Below, piece by piece: positions 1 through 8,239 of a stretch of DNA of 64,000 nt. The stretch's first letter is position 1. Each line of letters starts with the position of its first letter. Made by a program: the position numbers and the translations under genes. The stretch comes from a virus: IMG/VR virus record IMGVR_UViG_3300006853_000001; one strand, given 5' to 3'. The notes below the pieces were generated by a model. That model ran no database searches. It was not told the origin of the DNA and saw only the letters and a list, made by a program, of their open reading frames with translations.

Positions 1-92
1 GCGGTTTCGTCCCCGGCGCCGCGCGGGTCCATCGCCGCGCACAGCATGTCCAGTGTGCCGTCATCGACGGGAAAGGGTGGCAGTTCAACCAT
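1..92 (-). CDS. hypothetical protein, N-terminal part only (gene runs off the left edge)
   Basis: ATG at 92..90 lies 6 nt downstream of GAGGAGG (rc of 99-105). The frame MVELPPFPVDDGTLDMLCAAMDPRGAGDET stays open to position 1. It is absent from the ORF track because it is truncated. Confidence 0.4.
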   Translation of the reverse strand, partial: MVELPPFPVDDGTLDMLCAAMDPRGAGDET

Positions 93-122
93 CCAGAACC
101 TCCTCGACACGTTCATATGTTA

Positions 123-131
123 ACTATATCA
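123..131 (-). promoter_or_regulatory. extended -10 promoter element TGATATAGT
   Basis: The rc of actatatca matches the recurrent TGNTAYRRT motif. It lies about 30 nt upstream of the ATG at 92 and is adjacent to a direct repeat TCACGTG-T-TCACGTG (129-144). Confidence 0.4.
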
Positions 132-630
132 CGTGTTCACGTGAGTTGAGCGCCCCGGACCGGTCGTGCAGGCAGCCGTTGTACGACCGGTCGTAGTCCA
201 GCCACACCAGCCGGCCGTCCAGCCAACCCAGGTTCTCGTCCTTCAGGTCCATGTGCGGCGCGCCGAGCAGCTCGGGCACCCGCAGCGCGACATCGGTCGG
301 CAACTCGCCGGAGATGTCCACCGCGACCAGGACCTCGCACCGCGGGTAGACGTTCACCACCCCGCCGAACCACGATCGAAGGACCGGGGCGACCTTGCCC
401 CGATCCTCCGCGAACGTGCTCCACTCCGCCTCGCTCTGGTTGGCGAGAACCCCGCGGCAGACGGACCACAGGACGCCCCGCAGCCCGTCGCCGTACGGCC
501 GCAGCGAGGGCACCTTGACCGCCCAGCGACCTACCAACCACACGGTGCGGGTGATGCCGCGTCTTACGGCAGCCACACCAGCACCACGAACAGCACCGTG
601 AACGCCGCGAACGCCGCCGCCGCGAGCCAC
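124..630 (-). CDS. small protein-kinase-like protein
   Basis: WAVKVP resembles the beta3 Lys motif, HMDLKDENLGW resembles the HxDxKxxN catalytic loop, and LVWLDYD resembles a DFG-like metal-binding Asp. The GTG start at 630 has GGAG 8 nt upstream. Confidence 0.45.
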   Translation of the reverse strand: MARGGGVRGVHGAVRGAGVAAVRRGITRTVWLVGRWAVKVPSLRPYGDGLRGVLWSVCRGVLANQSEAEWSTFAEDRGKVAPVLRSWFGGVVNVYPRCEVLVAVDISGELPTDVALRVPELLGAPHMDLKDENLGWLDGRLVWLDYDRSYNGCLHDRSGALNSREHVI

Positions 631-657
631 AGGGCGGGCTCCGCCGAACGTTTCGGC

Positions 658-1017
658 TTACCCACCGCCGTCACCTCCCGTTACCAGCACGCCTACCCAC
701 ATGCCGACCACGTATAACAACACACCCAGACCCAGCGCGACCAACCCGCGCAGAACCAGCCGGGAGCCTGCTTCGCCGTGGGCGCCGTTCGCCGACCACA
801 CCGTGTCGACGCCGCGTACGACCGCCGCTGTACCGCACACCGCGACGGCGACGCCCACGAGTGAGATGACCAGGGCGCCGGTCACCACCGATACCACCGC
901 CGGATCGTATGTCCGCCGAACCACCACCCGACGGCGATACACAGCGCCGGACAGCAGACGTACGGCGCCGAGTACGCCAGGAACTCGCCCCACGTCACGT
1001 GTCACCGCCGCGACCAC
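658..1017 (-). CDS. membrane protein
   Basis: The ORF has several hydrophobic helices (VVSVVTGALVISLVGVAVAVCG, GLVALGLGVLLYVVGMWVGVLV). GC3 rises from the GTG at 1017, which follows GGGGA. The ORF track start at 1050 is also possible. Confidence 0.35.
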   Translation of the reverse strand: MVAAVTRDVGRVPGVLGAVRLLSGAVYRRRVVVRRTYDPAVVSVVTGALVISLVGVAVAVCGTAAVVRGVDTVWSANGAHGEAGSRLVLRGLVALGLGVLLYVVGMWVGVLVTGGDGGG

Positions 1018-1124
1018 TCGTTCCCCTAAACACGAAGTATGCGGCCACAAGCACGGTCAGCGGCGCACAGAGGTACGGCGTCGCCGCGACGGCGTACTCG
1101 AGGATCCGGTCCGCGACCACGGCC

Positions 1125-1322
1125 TTACGACCCCTCCGGCTCGATGTTCGTCACGGTGTAGTACGTGCCCTCGCGCTGGTCGTCGGTCCACCCCAGCGTC
1201 ACACGGTGTCCCACTATGACCGCGCTCTCCACCCGGACGCCCGACTCGTTCAGCTTCTCCACGGCACGTGCTATCGCGTACAGGTCGGCCGAGTGCAACC
1301 GAAGACGCGGCCGGTCAGTCAC
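1125..1322 (-). CDS. hypothetical protein
   Basis: 65 aa ORF whose GTG start overlaps the upstream stop codon (GTGA), consistent with translational coupling. Confidence 0.45.
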   Translation of the reverse strand: MTDRPRLRLHSADLYAIARAVEKLNESGVRVESAVIVGHRVTLGWTDDQREGTYYTVTNIEPEGS

Positions 1323-1780
1323 CCGAGGTCCACGGGTGTAACGAGCGTGACTTCATCGTCCGCGGTTCGCCACTGAGCCTCCCGGATCCGCGTCAGAAGG
1401 TCGTTCGACAGGTCGGGATCGCCGGTCCCACCGGTCTCAGCAGAGTCTTCATCGGCCGCCGCCATCCGCTCGATGAAGCCCGGGTTGATCTTGTCGACGT
1501 AGCTGCCGACCAGCGTCAGCAGCGCGCCCTCGAACAGCTCACGCAGCTTCCGGAGCTCGGCCGTGACCGCGAGGCTGGCGGCGATCTTCGCCGAGTCGCC
1601 GAGCACCGCGAGTACCACCCGCCGGTCGTCGGTGATCCGGTTTCGCGGGTCTCGCAGTGCGGCGGATCCTGCGTTGTGCAGCTCCTTCGCGGATATGCTC
1701 GCCACGTCGTGCCAGGCGAGCTCAACGGTGGAACCGTCCGTCAGCGTCACCTTGACGTCGCCGTCGCCGTCGCTCGTCAT
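1319..1780 (-). CDS. hypothetical protein
   Basis: 153 aa ORF with an ATG preceded by GGGAGGATGAGAG. The frame has high GC3. Confidence 0.55.
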   Translation of the reverse strand: MTSDGDGDVKVTLTDGSTVELAWHDVASISAKELHNAGSAALRDPRNRITDDRRVVLAVLGDSAKIAASLAVTAELRKLRELFEGALLTLVGSYVDKINPGFIERMAAADEDSAETGGTGDPDLSNDLLTRIREAQWRTADDEVTLVTPVDLG

Positions 1781-1807
1781 CTCTCATCCTCCCGATCGTA
1801 ACACATC

Positions 1808-1993
1808 TTAACTCACCCAGCGGGATCGACATGCCCGGGCGTCGACGCACAGCCGCAAGGTGTGTCCCTCGACGGTGCGTACCTCGGTCGGACACCCGAC
1901 CTCGAGACACGCGACGCACCTCGGGTCCGCGACGTCCGCGCCCAGGCGCTCGGCGGCGGAGGGCTCGTGCGGCCCGCCCGTCCTCATCACCAC
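1808..1993 (-). CDS. small Cys-rich protein
   Basis: 61 aa ORF with CVAC...C and C...C pairs. GGGAGA lies upstream of the GTG/ATG start cluster. Confidence 0.4.
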   Translation of the reverse strand: MVMRTGGPHEPSAAERLGADVADPRCVACLEVGCPTEVRTVEGHTLRLCVDARACRSRWVS

Positions 1994-2050
1994 GTGTCTG
2001 GATCTCCCATGTCCGGGCCGGAACCGACTCCCGGTCGATCCCTCGACTAG

Positions 2051-2059
2051 ATCATAGCA
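2051..2059 (-). promoter_or_regulatory. extended -10 promoter element TGCTATGAT
   Basis: The rc of atcatagca lies in an intergenic gap about 58 nt upstream of the start at 1993. Confidence 0.4.
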
Positions 2060-2083
2060 TATGTACCGCGTCGCCGTCGACGG

Positions 2084-2305
2084 TTACCTGTGTCGGGTCA
2101 GGTCTGCGATCGTCGCGACGACGTCGCCGCACAGACCCGAAACCGAGGCGACCAGCAGGCACACGAGGAGCCAGAACACCGGCCCGGCGAGCGCCCCGAT
2201 GACATCCCTGCGCCTCCTGAACGGCCTACCTGAGGTTGCTACCACGTGCGACACCCTAGCACGTCTAACAGTGTCTGAGGCGCCACCACACACGGAACCG
2301 CTCAC
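2084..2305 (-). CDS. small membrane protein
   Basis: 73 aa ORF with the transmembrane segment VFWLLVCLLVASVSGL and a GTG start. Confidence 0.4.
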   Translation of the reverse strand: MSGSVCGGASDTVRRARVSHVVATSGRPFRRRRDVIGALAGPVFWLLVCLLVASVSGLCGDVVATIADLTRHR

Positions 2306-2323
2306 GTAGGTTCACAACATCGG

Positions 2324-2530
2324 TCACAGCTCGGTGACCTCCGTGAGCCGGGCGGCGACGGCGTTCGCGACGAGGCGGGCGCACTCGTCACGGTAGGCCG
2401 TGACGAACGCCGTAGCCACACAGTGTTGCGTCCAGTCTTGCAGCGAGTCGACGTTGTGCTTCGCCGTGAGCAAGTCGTCCGGAACATCCAGGCTGCGAGA
2501 CGTCTCGCCTACGATCACCGTAACCTTCAC
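2324..2530 (-). CDS. hypothetical protein
   Basis: The GTG at 2530 overlaps the upstream stop codon (GTGA). The ORF track start (TTG at 2536) is an alternative. Confidence 0.45.
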   Translation of the reverse strand: MKVTVIVGETSRSLDVPDDLLTAKHNVDSLQDWTQHCVATAFVTAYRDECARLVANAVAARLTEVTEL

Positions 2531-2727
2531 GACCAACGCCTACCTATCGTCGTGACGGCGAACAGCACCAACGCCCCGAGGAACACCACGGCGACGACCG
2601 CACCGGCGCCGCCTACGGACGCGAAGATCAGGCCAGCTACCGTCGCGAGTACGATGAGACCGATCAACCCAACCGTACGCTCTACGTCACGCATTGCATC
2701 ATCCAATCGTACGTATTGGCTAACCAT
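2527..2727 (-). CDS. small membrane protein
   Basis: 66 aa ORF with two hydrophobic helices. It shows a TGATG start/stop overlap with the upstream gene. Confidence 0.45.
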   Translation of the reverse strand: MVSQYVRLDDAMRDVERTVGLIGLIVLATVAGLIFASVGGAGAVVAVVFLGALVLFAVTTIGRRWS

Positions 2728-3038
2728 CAGTGCCTAATCTCATCCCCGCGCTCCCGGCCGTAGATCCCGACGAGCACCCAGGTGTAGAAGCCCATCGTGC
2801 TCAGCACTCCGAGCGTCGTGGCAACCCAGCGGGGTGCAGACGTCTCCCGGACGACGTAGTACGCGGCGGCACACGTCACCGAGATCGCGCCACCGGCACG
2901 ACACACCCACGCCGCGCCTCGCGGCAGCGGCTTACGCGCGAACTGCCGCTTATACCGCCAGCCGCCGGGCCCGGTGACCGCCACTCGGCCGCACAGCCAG
3001 AGATACGCGGCGACGTACACCCGCCTGAACCTAGTCAC
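2727..3038 (-). CDS. membrane protein
   Basis: 103 aa ORF with GTG start after GGAGAGGATGAGA and several hydrophobic segments. Confidence 0.45.
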   Translation of the reverse strand: MTRFRRVYVAAYLWLCGRVAVTGPGGWRYKRQFARKPLPRGAAWVCRAGGAISVTCAAAYYVVRETSAPRWVATTLGVLSTMGFYTWVLVGIYGRERGDEIRH

Positions 3039-3200
3039 CTAGGTCTCATCCTCTCCAGTAACGATCACGCGTCCACATCAAGCTGAACGGTCCCAGGTTG
3101 ACGCCGACCGCCAGATCCTTCGCGACAGGCCACCACCAGACACCCACGTACCACTGCGTGGGTATGAAGGTGAGACTAAATCCGCGCCACAGGCGTGGCC

Positions 3201-4286
3201 TCACGACGGCACGTCCTGCAGGACCAGCAGCTTCGTACCGGCGACCAGCTTCCGGTTAACGGAGGTCGACTGCACGAAGACCTGGTACTCCGGGTTGGCC
3301 TCGGGACGAACACGAACCTCCGCGTCGGGCAGACCGAGCAGCTCCCGCGCCTCGGCGCCGGCGTAGATCCGCCCACTTTTACGGTTCCGGACGCACACCT
3401 GCTTGTAGGCCTGGACCTTCTCAGGTTTCGTCAGCTCGTAGAACGCCGAGCCCGTCCGGTACGGCTCGCCGGTGACGTACGCGACGTGTGGCCGGATGGC
3501 CAGGTCGTAGTCATCGCACACCGTGAACAACCTGTACGTGTCCCTACCTAGCGGCTTGAGACCCGCATCACGCACCGTCTCTCGGTTGACGACATCGGCT
3601 CCCGCCGTGAACAGCGTCCGTGATCCCCGGATGCCGCGCGCCCGGTTGGTCATGAACGTCTCGGTGGCGCGCCGGATCGTACCGCCGACGTCCTCCACGC
3701 CGCGCCGCGACGTCGTGTCCCAGACGGCGACGTTCTCGCCCGGGAATCCGAAGCTCTTAGCCTCGTGCGCGCCGCGCTGGTCCGGGACGAGACACGCGAC
3801 GGTCCAGTTGTCCGCGAGGCCGGCGAGACGGGTTCCCAGAAGCCGAGTGACGCCGGCGGTGGTGTACGAGGTCGGGCCCCACCTTCCCTGCCGGTGACCC
3901 GTGAACACCTCGCTGTACCGGCTGACGTTCTCCTCGCCGTCCGTCAGGACGTACGTCAGGAAAGCGTGATCTCCGTACAGCTGTGCGGTCGCCGCGAGGT
4001 CGTCCTGCGACTTCATCGTCGCGGCGATCAGCGCCGTGTTGCCGCCCGTGCGGTACAGGCCACCCAGCGAGGGCAGTCGCAGCACGTCCTTGTCGTACAC
4101 CAGGCACTCGACCTGGTCCGCGAACGCGTACACGGTGACGCGTGTCTCCTGGTCCAGCTCCTGCGACCGTCGCGCGAGGTGCGCGATCTCGCCCTCCGCC
4201 ACCGTGACGACGTCCCGCTTACGTCCTCGCATGGACGCGGACGCGTCCAACACCAGCGCGATGTGGTTGATGTAGTTCTGGGTCAT
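3201..4286 (-). CDS. von Willebrand factor type A (vWA) domain protein
   Basis: The MIDAS motif is present in IALVLDASASM (DxSxS), followed by GGNTAL and VLTDGEEN. ATG 4286 follows AGGAGA. The ORF track start at 4391 is probably too far upstream. Confidence 0.7.
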   Translation of the reverse strand: MTQNYINHIALVLDASASMRGRKRDVVTVAEGEIAHLARRSQELDQETRVTVYAFADQVECLVYDKDVLRLPSLGGLYRTGGNTALIAATMKSQDDLAATAQLYGDHAFLTYVLTDGEENVSRYSEVFTGHRQGRWGPTSYTTAGVTRLLGTRLAGLADNWTVACLVPDQRGAHEAKSFGFPGENVAVWDTTSRRGVEDVGGTIRRATETFMTNRARGIRGSRTLFTAGADVVNRETVRDAGLKPLGRDTYRLFTVCDDYDLAIRPHVAYVTGEPYRTGSAFYELTKPEKVQAYKQVCVRNRKSGRIYAGAEARELLGLPDAEVRVRPEANPEYQVFVQSTSVNRKLVAGTKLLVLQDVPS

Positions 4287-4531
4287 CTCTCGTCTCCTAA
4301 GCCGATCATCGTAGACCCGCCAGGTGTGTGCGCTCCAGCAGCTCGGCGATCGCGTGCGCGCGATCACGTGCATAGACCCGCCGAGTCTCACGACGACGAA
4401 GTTCCAGGTGCGTCTTTAAGACGTCGAGACCGCCGGTTTCCGGCAACCAGACCAGTCAACCTCGCCTATCATCCGCAGACCACACGTTGCCGAGTCGTAG
4501 TACACGTTCCCAACGTGTTGAGGTTTCTGAC

Positions 4532-4816
4532 TCACGACCCCACCGCGCCCCGGACGCAGTGGCCGTCGCTACCGGTGTCCGGCGCGCCTAGCCACGTGCC
4601 GCCGGACGTGATGCACGCCTTCTTGGTGTCCCGCTCACGGTCACTCGCCCGGTCGCAGCCCACGAACACCGCGGCGATCAGCGCGATGACGCACAGCGCG
4701 ACGCCCACGACGATGAACCGCCGCGTGGTCTCCTCACGTGCGACCGTGCGATCCTCCAGCCAGGCCGCCGACTCCTTCTCCTCATCGGTCATGGGAGCGG
4801 TGTCATCCGGTGTCAT
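4532..4816 (-). CDS. membrane protein
   Basis: 94 aa ORF with ATG after GAGGATGAGAG. It has one transmembrane segment (FIVVGVALCVIALIAAVFVG) and a Cys-containing ectodomain. Confidence 0.55.
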   Translation of the reverse strand: MTPDDTAPMTDEEKESAAWLEDRTVAREETTRRFIVVGVALCVIALIAAVFVGCDRASDRERDTKKACITSGGTWLGAPDTGSDGHCVRGAVGS

Positions 4817-4889
4817 CTCTCATCCTCTCATCACAAGTACCCGGCAGCCGACGAAGATGACGATCCGCGACCCGGGCACGGCTACCTCG

Positions 4890-4898
4890 ATTATACCA
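4890..4898 (-). promoter_or_regulatory. consensus extended -10 promoter TGGTATAAT
   Basis: The rc of attatacca is a perfect TGnTATAAT. It lies in the 91 bp gap upstream of the gene starting at 4816. Confidence 0.55.
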
Positions 4899-4907
4899 CA
4901 AATGACG

Positions 4908-5129
4908 CTATCGGCGCCTACGCTCCGAGCCGTCATCGTCGTTGTGCCTGTCGTTCGACCAGTCACCGCCACCCAGCCGGTCATACCCGTACTTGTCCGA
5001 GAACGGCCTCAGTGCGAGGTACGCCGACTGGCGTCTCGCCGCCCGCACCGCCCGTCGCCCGTCGCACAACGCACGCTCACGCGACGTCTCACCTCGGTGC
5101 GTCCTCGTCCAACGGTGGGGAACTCTCAC
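4908..5129 (-). CDS. Arg-rich hypothetical protein
   Basis: 73 aa ORF with high GC3 in this frame. The GTG start lies 3 nt after the upstream stop, with GGAGGG upstream. Confidence 0.4.
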   Translation of the reverse strand: MRVPHRWTRTHRGETSRERALCDGRRAVRAARRQSAYLALRPFSDKYGYDRLGGGDWSNDRHNDDDGSERRRR

Positions 5130-5132
5130 CCG

Positions 5133-6092
5133 TCAGCCCTCCTGCCACGTGCTGTCCACGACCGCTCCGTCCGGGTCGGTCGTCCCGGCGACCCGCCGCT
5201 GCTCCGCGTCGATGAGCAGCAACTCGCGGCGGGCGGTCGCGCGAATGCGGGCGCGGGTCGCCGGGCTGATCTCGTCGCCCAGCTCCTCGATCGTCGCGTT
5301 GATCACGCGTGCGATCGCGGTCGCCTCGTCCTGCGTCCGCTGCACCAGGTACGCCGCGACGCCCGCGTCCACGGCCCACTTCGCGCACTGTGCCATGCGT
5401 GCGTGCCAGAACTCGAGCTTCGTGTTCCAGAACGTGAGGTCGCGCAGCTTCCCGACGCCCAGCGGCTCGCCGGTGTCCGGGTCCACCAGCAGCCCCTCGT
5501 CGCTCTTGACGAGCCGGCCCTCGATCTCCAGGTCGCTGGTCGCCCGCGACAGCACGAGCTGACAGTAGGCGACCTTCCCCGCCGCGATCCGCACCGCCAT
5601 GAGCAGCGCGTCCCACGGCGACAGGTTGAGCTCCTGCGAGTACGCGTGCGCCGCCACCCAGGCCGCCTCCGCTCTTCCTCGTGCCCTGCGACCGCCGTGC
5701 GCGGCACAGGGTCCGTACCCCTCGTTCTCGGTCCTATCACCCGCCGGCCGCTCGCACGGCTCCCACGCCCGGCCCGCCCAGCGGGAGGGCCGGCCAGATC
5801 GTCCCGGCCGGGTCCAGGAGAGCGGTATGGGCTTGCCGCAACGCCGCGGCGGTCCATCATCCTCCCGGTCCTTCCAGGCGTCCCGCGCCTGCTCCAGAGC
5901 CTCCGTCTGCCACCGCGCCAGCTTCAGGTACCGCGAGTCGTTGAACTCGGCGGAATCGCCTCCCACCCAGCGATGTCCGAGGCGTGTCACATCTGGTGAG
6001 CCGAGCACCCACGTGATCCGACGTCCCGCGACGTACGAGCGCGGCACAGTAAGTACCTGTGTTCCCACACACGGTAGCTGGATGTCGGTCAC
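5133..6092 (-). CDS. hypothetical protein, possible DNA-binding (CxxHGG motif as seen in some small terminases)
   Basis: 319 aa ORF containing GYGPCAAHGG followed by a helical region. Low GC3 near position 6092 suggests the true start may be further downstream. The function is not secure. Confidence 0.5.
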   Translation of the reverse strand: MTDIQLPCVGTQVLTVPRSYVAGRRITWVLGSPDVTRLGHRWVGGDSAEFNDSRYLKLARWQTEALEQARDAWKDREDDGPPRRCGKPIPLSWTRPGRSGRPSRWAGRAWEPCERPAGDRTENEGYGPCAAHGGRRARGRAEAAWVAAHAYSQELNLSPWDALLMAVRIAAGKVAYCQLVLSRATSDLEIEGRLVKSDEGLLVDPDTGEPLGVGKLRDLTFWNTKLEFWHARMAQCAKWAVDAGVAAYLVQRTQDEATAIARVINATIEELGDEISPATRARIRATARRELLLIDAEQRRVAGTTDPDGAVVDSTWQEG

Positions 6093-6670
6093 GAGCCAAC
6101 AGTATCACATCTCATTATCGTGACTTACACCATTCTCGTGCACCGTATCGCCGGTGGCTGTTACATTTTAGCCATAAATCAACGATCTTGATTGTTTGAA
6201 GTACTACACTATGTAGAAGTTGGACTTTGGACCACGAAACCCATTTTCGGGTTCGGGCGCGTAGCGCGTAGTGTGTCATGTGTGTGCGTACCCGCGTAAC
6301 AACTGCGTTTGTAGTCCAACTGTCCAAGTATCTTGAAAAAATAGAGAGATAAATACCAACAAACTAGCTCTGAGCTGGAAGAATGTCATAAGTCTTAATT
6401 CCGCTTCCCGTCGTCGCGCTCTGTCCAACCTCGGTCCAACCGCCGTCCACCTGTCCCCAAAACACGGCCAAAGTCGCCCGAAAACGATCATACGTCATCG
6501 CTTCACAGTGCTACGTTACCGCTTCGACTTTGGCACATGCCAACTTGGACCGGTAACTTGGACGCTCTACGCCGCGGTGTGTTCCAAGTTTTCGGGCGAG
6601 TTTCCGGGCGACCTTCCGGGCGACGTTTCGGTCACTTTAATCGACACCTGTAGATCCAACAGCCGTCTCT
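6093..6670. repeat. AT-rich non-coding region with TTGGAC/GTCCAA iterons; candidate replication origin
   Basis: TTGGAC occurs at 6220, 6227, 6545 and 6558, the last two within AACTTGGAC copies. GTCCAA occurs at 6314, 6322, 6423 and 6434, and GTCCAC at 6445. GC content is far below the rest of the window, and the region lies directly downstream of the primase-helicase genes. Confidence 0.55.
6589..6635 (+). repeat. four tandem ~12 bp repeats (TTYCGGGCGAS)
   Basis: The sequence reads ttttcgggcgag / tttccgggcgac / cttccgggcgac / gtttcggtcac. Confidence 0.6.
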
Positions 6671-8239
6671 CTACGCGTCGCTCGCGTACAGCGACAGCAG
6701 CGTCGACAGCCGCCAGCCCTCCCACCGGTGCACCCCCGACTTCGTGCTCCTCCAGCCGCTCGACCGTAGCTGCGCGTTGAAGTCGTCGTAGTTCAACTTC
6801 TCCGCGCGGTCCCGCTGGGCGCCGTAGTCCTTGACCCAGAGCGCGTACCGGTCGTACATACTCTTAAGAGGTACGTACGTGGACTTGACGCCGTACGCGT
6901 TCGTGTCCACCGCCGTCAGCTGGTCGGTGTCGGTGAGCCACCGGAAGAACGAACCCAGGTGAGTGAGGTTGTCGAAGGCGTTCATCGTCGTAAGTCCCTG
7001 CGCCACGATGACGTCTGCGAGGCCGTCCCGGGCCGCCTCCTCGTAGCCGGTGATCAACCGGGCCAGCAGCCACTCGTGCACCTCCGGAGACCTCACGAAG
7101 CGGTCGCGGATCTCCGGGTCTTCCACCAGCGGTGTGTGTGTGAAGTCGAACACGACCATGCGCCGGCGCAGCGCCGCGTCCGCGCCGACGATCCGGGGCA
7201 GCACGTTGGTGACCAGCACCGGTGTAAACGCGGGCCGGACGTCACGGTACTCGTTCTCACGGAACAGCCGCGCGGTGATCGTGCCGCCGCCGGTGAGGTC
7301 CTTCACCCGGTCCCCGTGCAGCTCCCACGCCTGCGACGCCTCCGAGAAGAACGCGACCCGCCGGGCGACGGCCTTCAGGATGTCCGGTCTTCCGCGGTCA
7401 TCCAGGTTGCCGCGAAACACAGACGCCGAGCCGGCCGTCGCGTAGTCCGGGCCGAGCGTCTCCAGCAGCGCCTCCACGAGCTGCGTCTTGCCGGTGGTCG
7501 AAGGCCCCTGGATGATGATGAAGAGGCGCTGGGCGTTGCCTCCGACCAGGCACGACCCCAGCGTCTTAAAGAGCAGCCGCCGCCGCTCCTCGTCCGGGAG
7601 AAACGTCGCCAGGTAGTCCGCTACCTGTGCCGGAGGCGGACCTACTAAGATCTCCGGCCGGTAGTGCGCGCGCGTCGTTCGCGTTACCCGGTCCACGTGT
7701 GATACCGGGCGGGTCGTGACCGCCGGTCTCCGGGGCGCGGGCCGGTCAAGTGTCACAACATCCGGACCGCACACCAGCTCCCGGTCGTTCGCGTCGAAGT
7801 CCGTGAGCCGGGCCTGCAGCTCCGGAAGCGTCTCCGCGGCGCGCAGCGTCGCGGCGCGCCGGGCCACCGACTCCGACGCCGTCGCGTGCTTCGCGAGCCG
7901 GACCAGCGGGCTGTCGCCGCCACCCTCCGGCGGCTCGTCCGACGCCTCCTCCGCCTCCCGCCGGATCTCACGCACCACCCCGAGCGTCAGGGCCAGCGCA
8001 CGGTGGTGCCCCGCCGTGTCCAGTTCCCAGCGCTCGCCGCACCAGAATATCCAGCGCTCGGCGTCCGTGAGGTAGCGCGCGATCTCGCCGTACAGCCGCG
8101 CGAACCGCACGGCGTTCGCGGAGTCCGTGAGACCTAAGCCGTCCGACGCGGCGGTCGCCCAGGCCACGGCATCAGCCACGCCCTCCGGCGCGCCCAGCTC
8201 CGCGTCTACGTTCGCAGCCGAACCGCCGGGCGCGGTCAC
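6671..8239 (-). CDS. DNA primase/helicase, D5-like SF3 (phage/plasmid primase P4-family C-terminal domain)
   Basis: Walker A is present in IIQGPSTTGKTQL and Walker B-like in VAFFSEA. The segment GGGTITARLFRENEYRDVRPAFTPVLVTN is typical of D5/P4 primase-helicases. The start shows a GTGA overlap with the upstream gene. Confidence 0.8.
   Translation of the reverse strand: MTAPGGSAANVDAELGAPEGVADAVAWATAASDGLGLTDSANAVRFARLYGEIARYLTDAERWIFWCGERWELDTAGHHRALALTLGVVREIRREAEEASDEPPEGGGDSPLVRLAKHATASESVARRAATLRAAETLPELQARLTDFDANDRELVCGPDVVTLDRPAPRRPAVTTRPVSHVDRVTRTTRAHYRPEILVGPPPAQVADYLATFLPDEERRRLLFKTLGSCLVGGNAQRLFIIIQGPSTTGKTQLVEALLETLGPDYATAGSASVFRGNLDDRGRPDILKAVARRVAFFSEASQAWELHGDRVKDLTGGGTITARLFRENEYRDVRPAFTPVLVTNVLPRIVGADAALRRRMVVFDFTHTPLVEDPEIRDRFVRSPEVHEWLLARLITGYEEAARDGLADVIVAQGLTTMNAFDNLTHLGSFFRWLTDTDQLTAVDTNAYGVKSTYVPLKSMYDRYALWVKDYGAQRDRAEKLNYDDFNAQLRSSGWRSTKSGVHRWEGWRLSTLLSLYASDA

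Noticed and set aside
3765-5999. 744 aa plus-strand ORF, the longest in the left arm
   Set aside because: It lies antisense to several well-supported minus-strand genes with ribosome-binding sites and motifs. It has an Arg/Pro/Ala-rich low-complexity composition and no recognisable motifs. This is a typical shadow ORF in high-GC DNA.
5133-6092. Terminase small subunit call for the 319 aa protein
   Set aside because: The C-x-x-HGG motif and the helical C-terminus resemble some small terminases. However, the gene sits in the early replication operon, far from the head genes, with no large terminase nearby. I kept it as hypothetical, possibly DNA-binding.
6115-6491. Two small minus-strand ORFs (70 and 71 aa) inside the AT-rich island
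   Set aside because: They have no ribosome-binding sites and odd composition. Third codon positions are not GC-enriched, unlike every confident gene here. The region is better explained as non-coding iteron DNA. A small regulatory RNA or peptide cannot be excluded.
6093-6670. Possible CRISPR array or tRNA cluster in the repeat-rich island
   Set aside because: The repeats are 6-12 bp, irregularly spaced and in both orientations. They are not 25-40 bp direct repeats with unique spacers. I could not fold any cloverleaf with a proper acceptor stem or T-loop (GTTCRA) here or elsewhere in the window.
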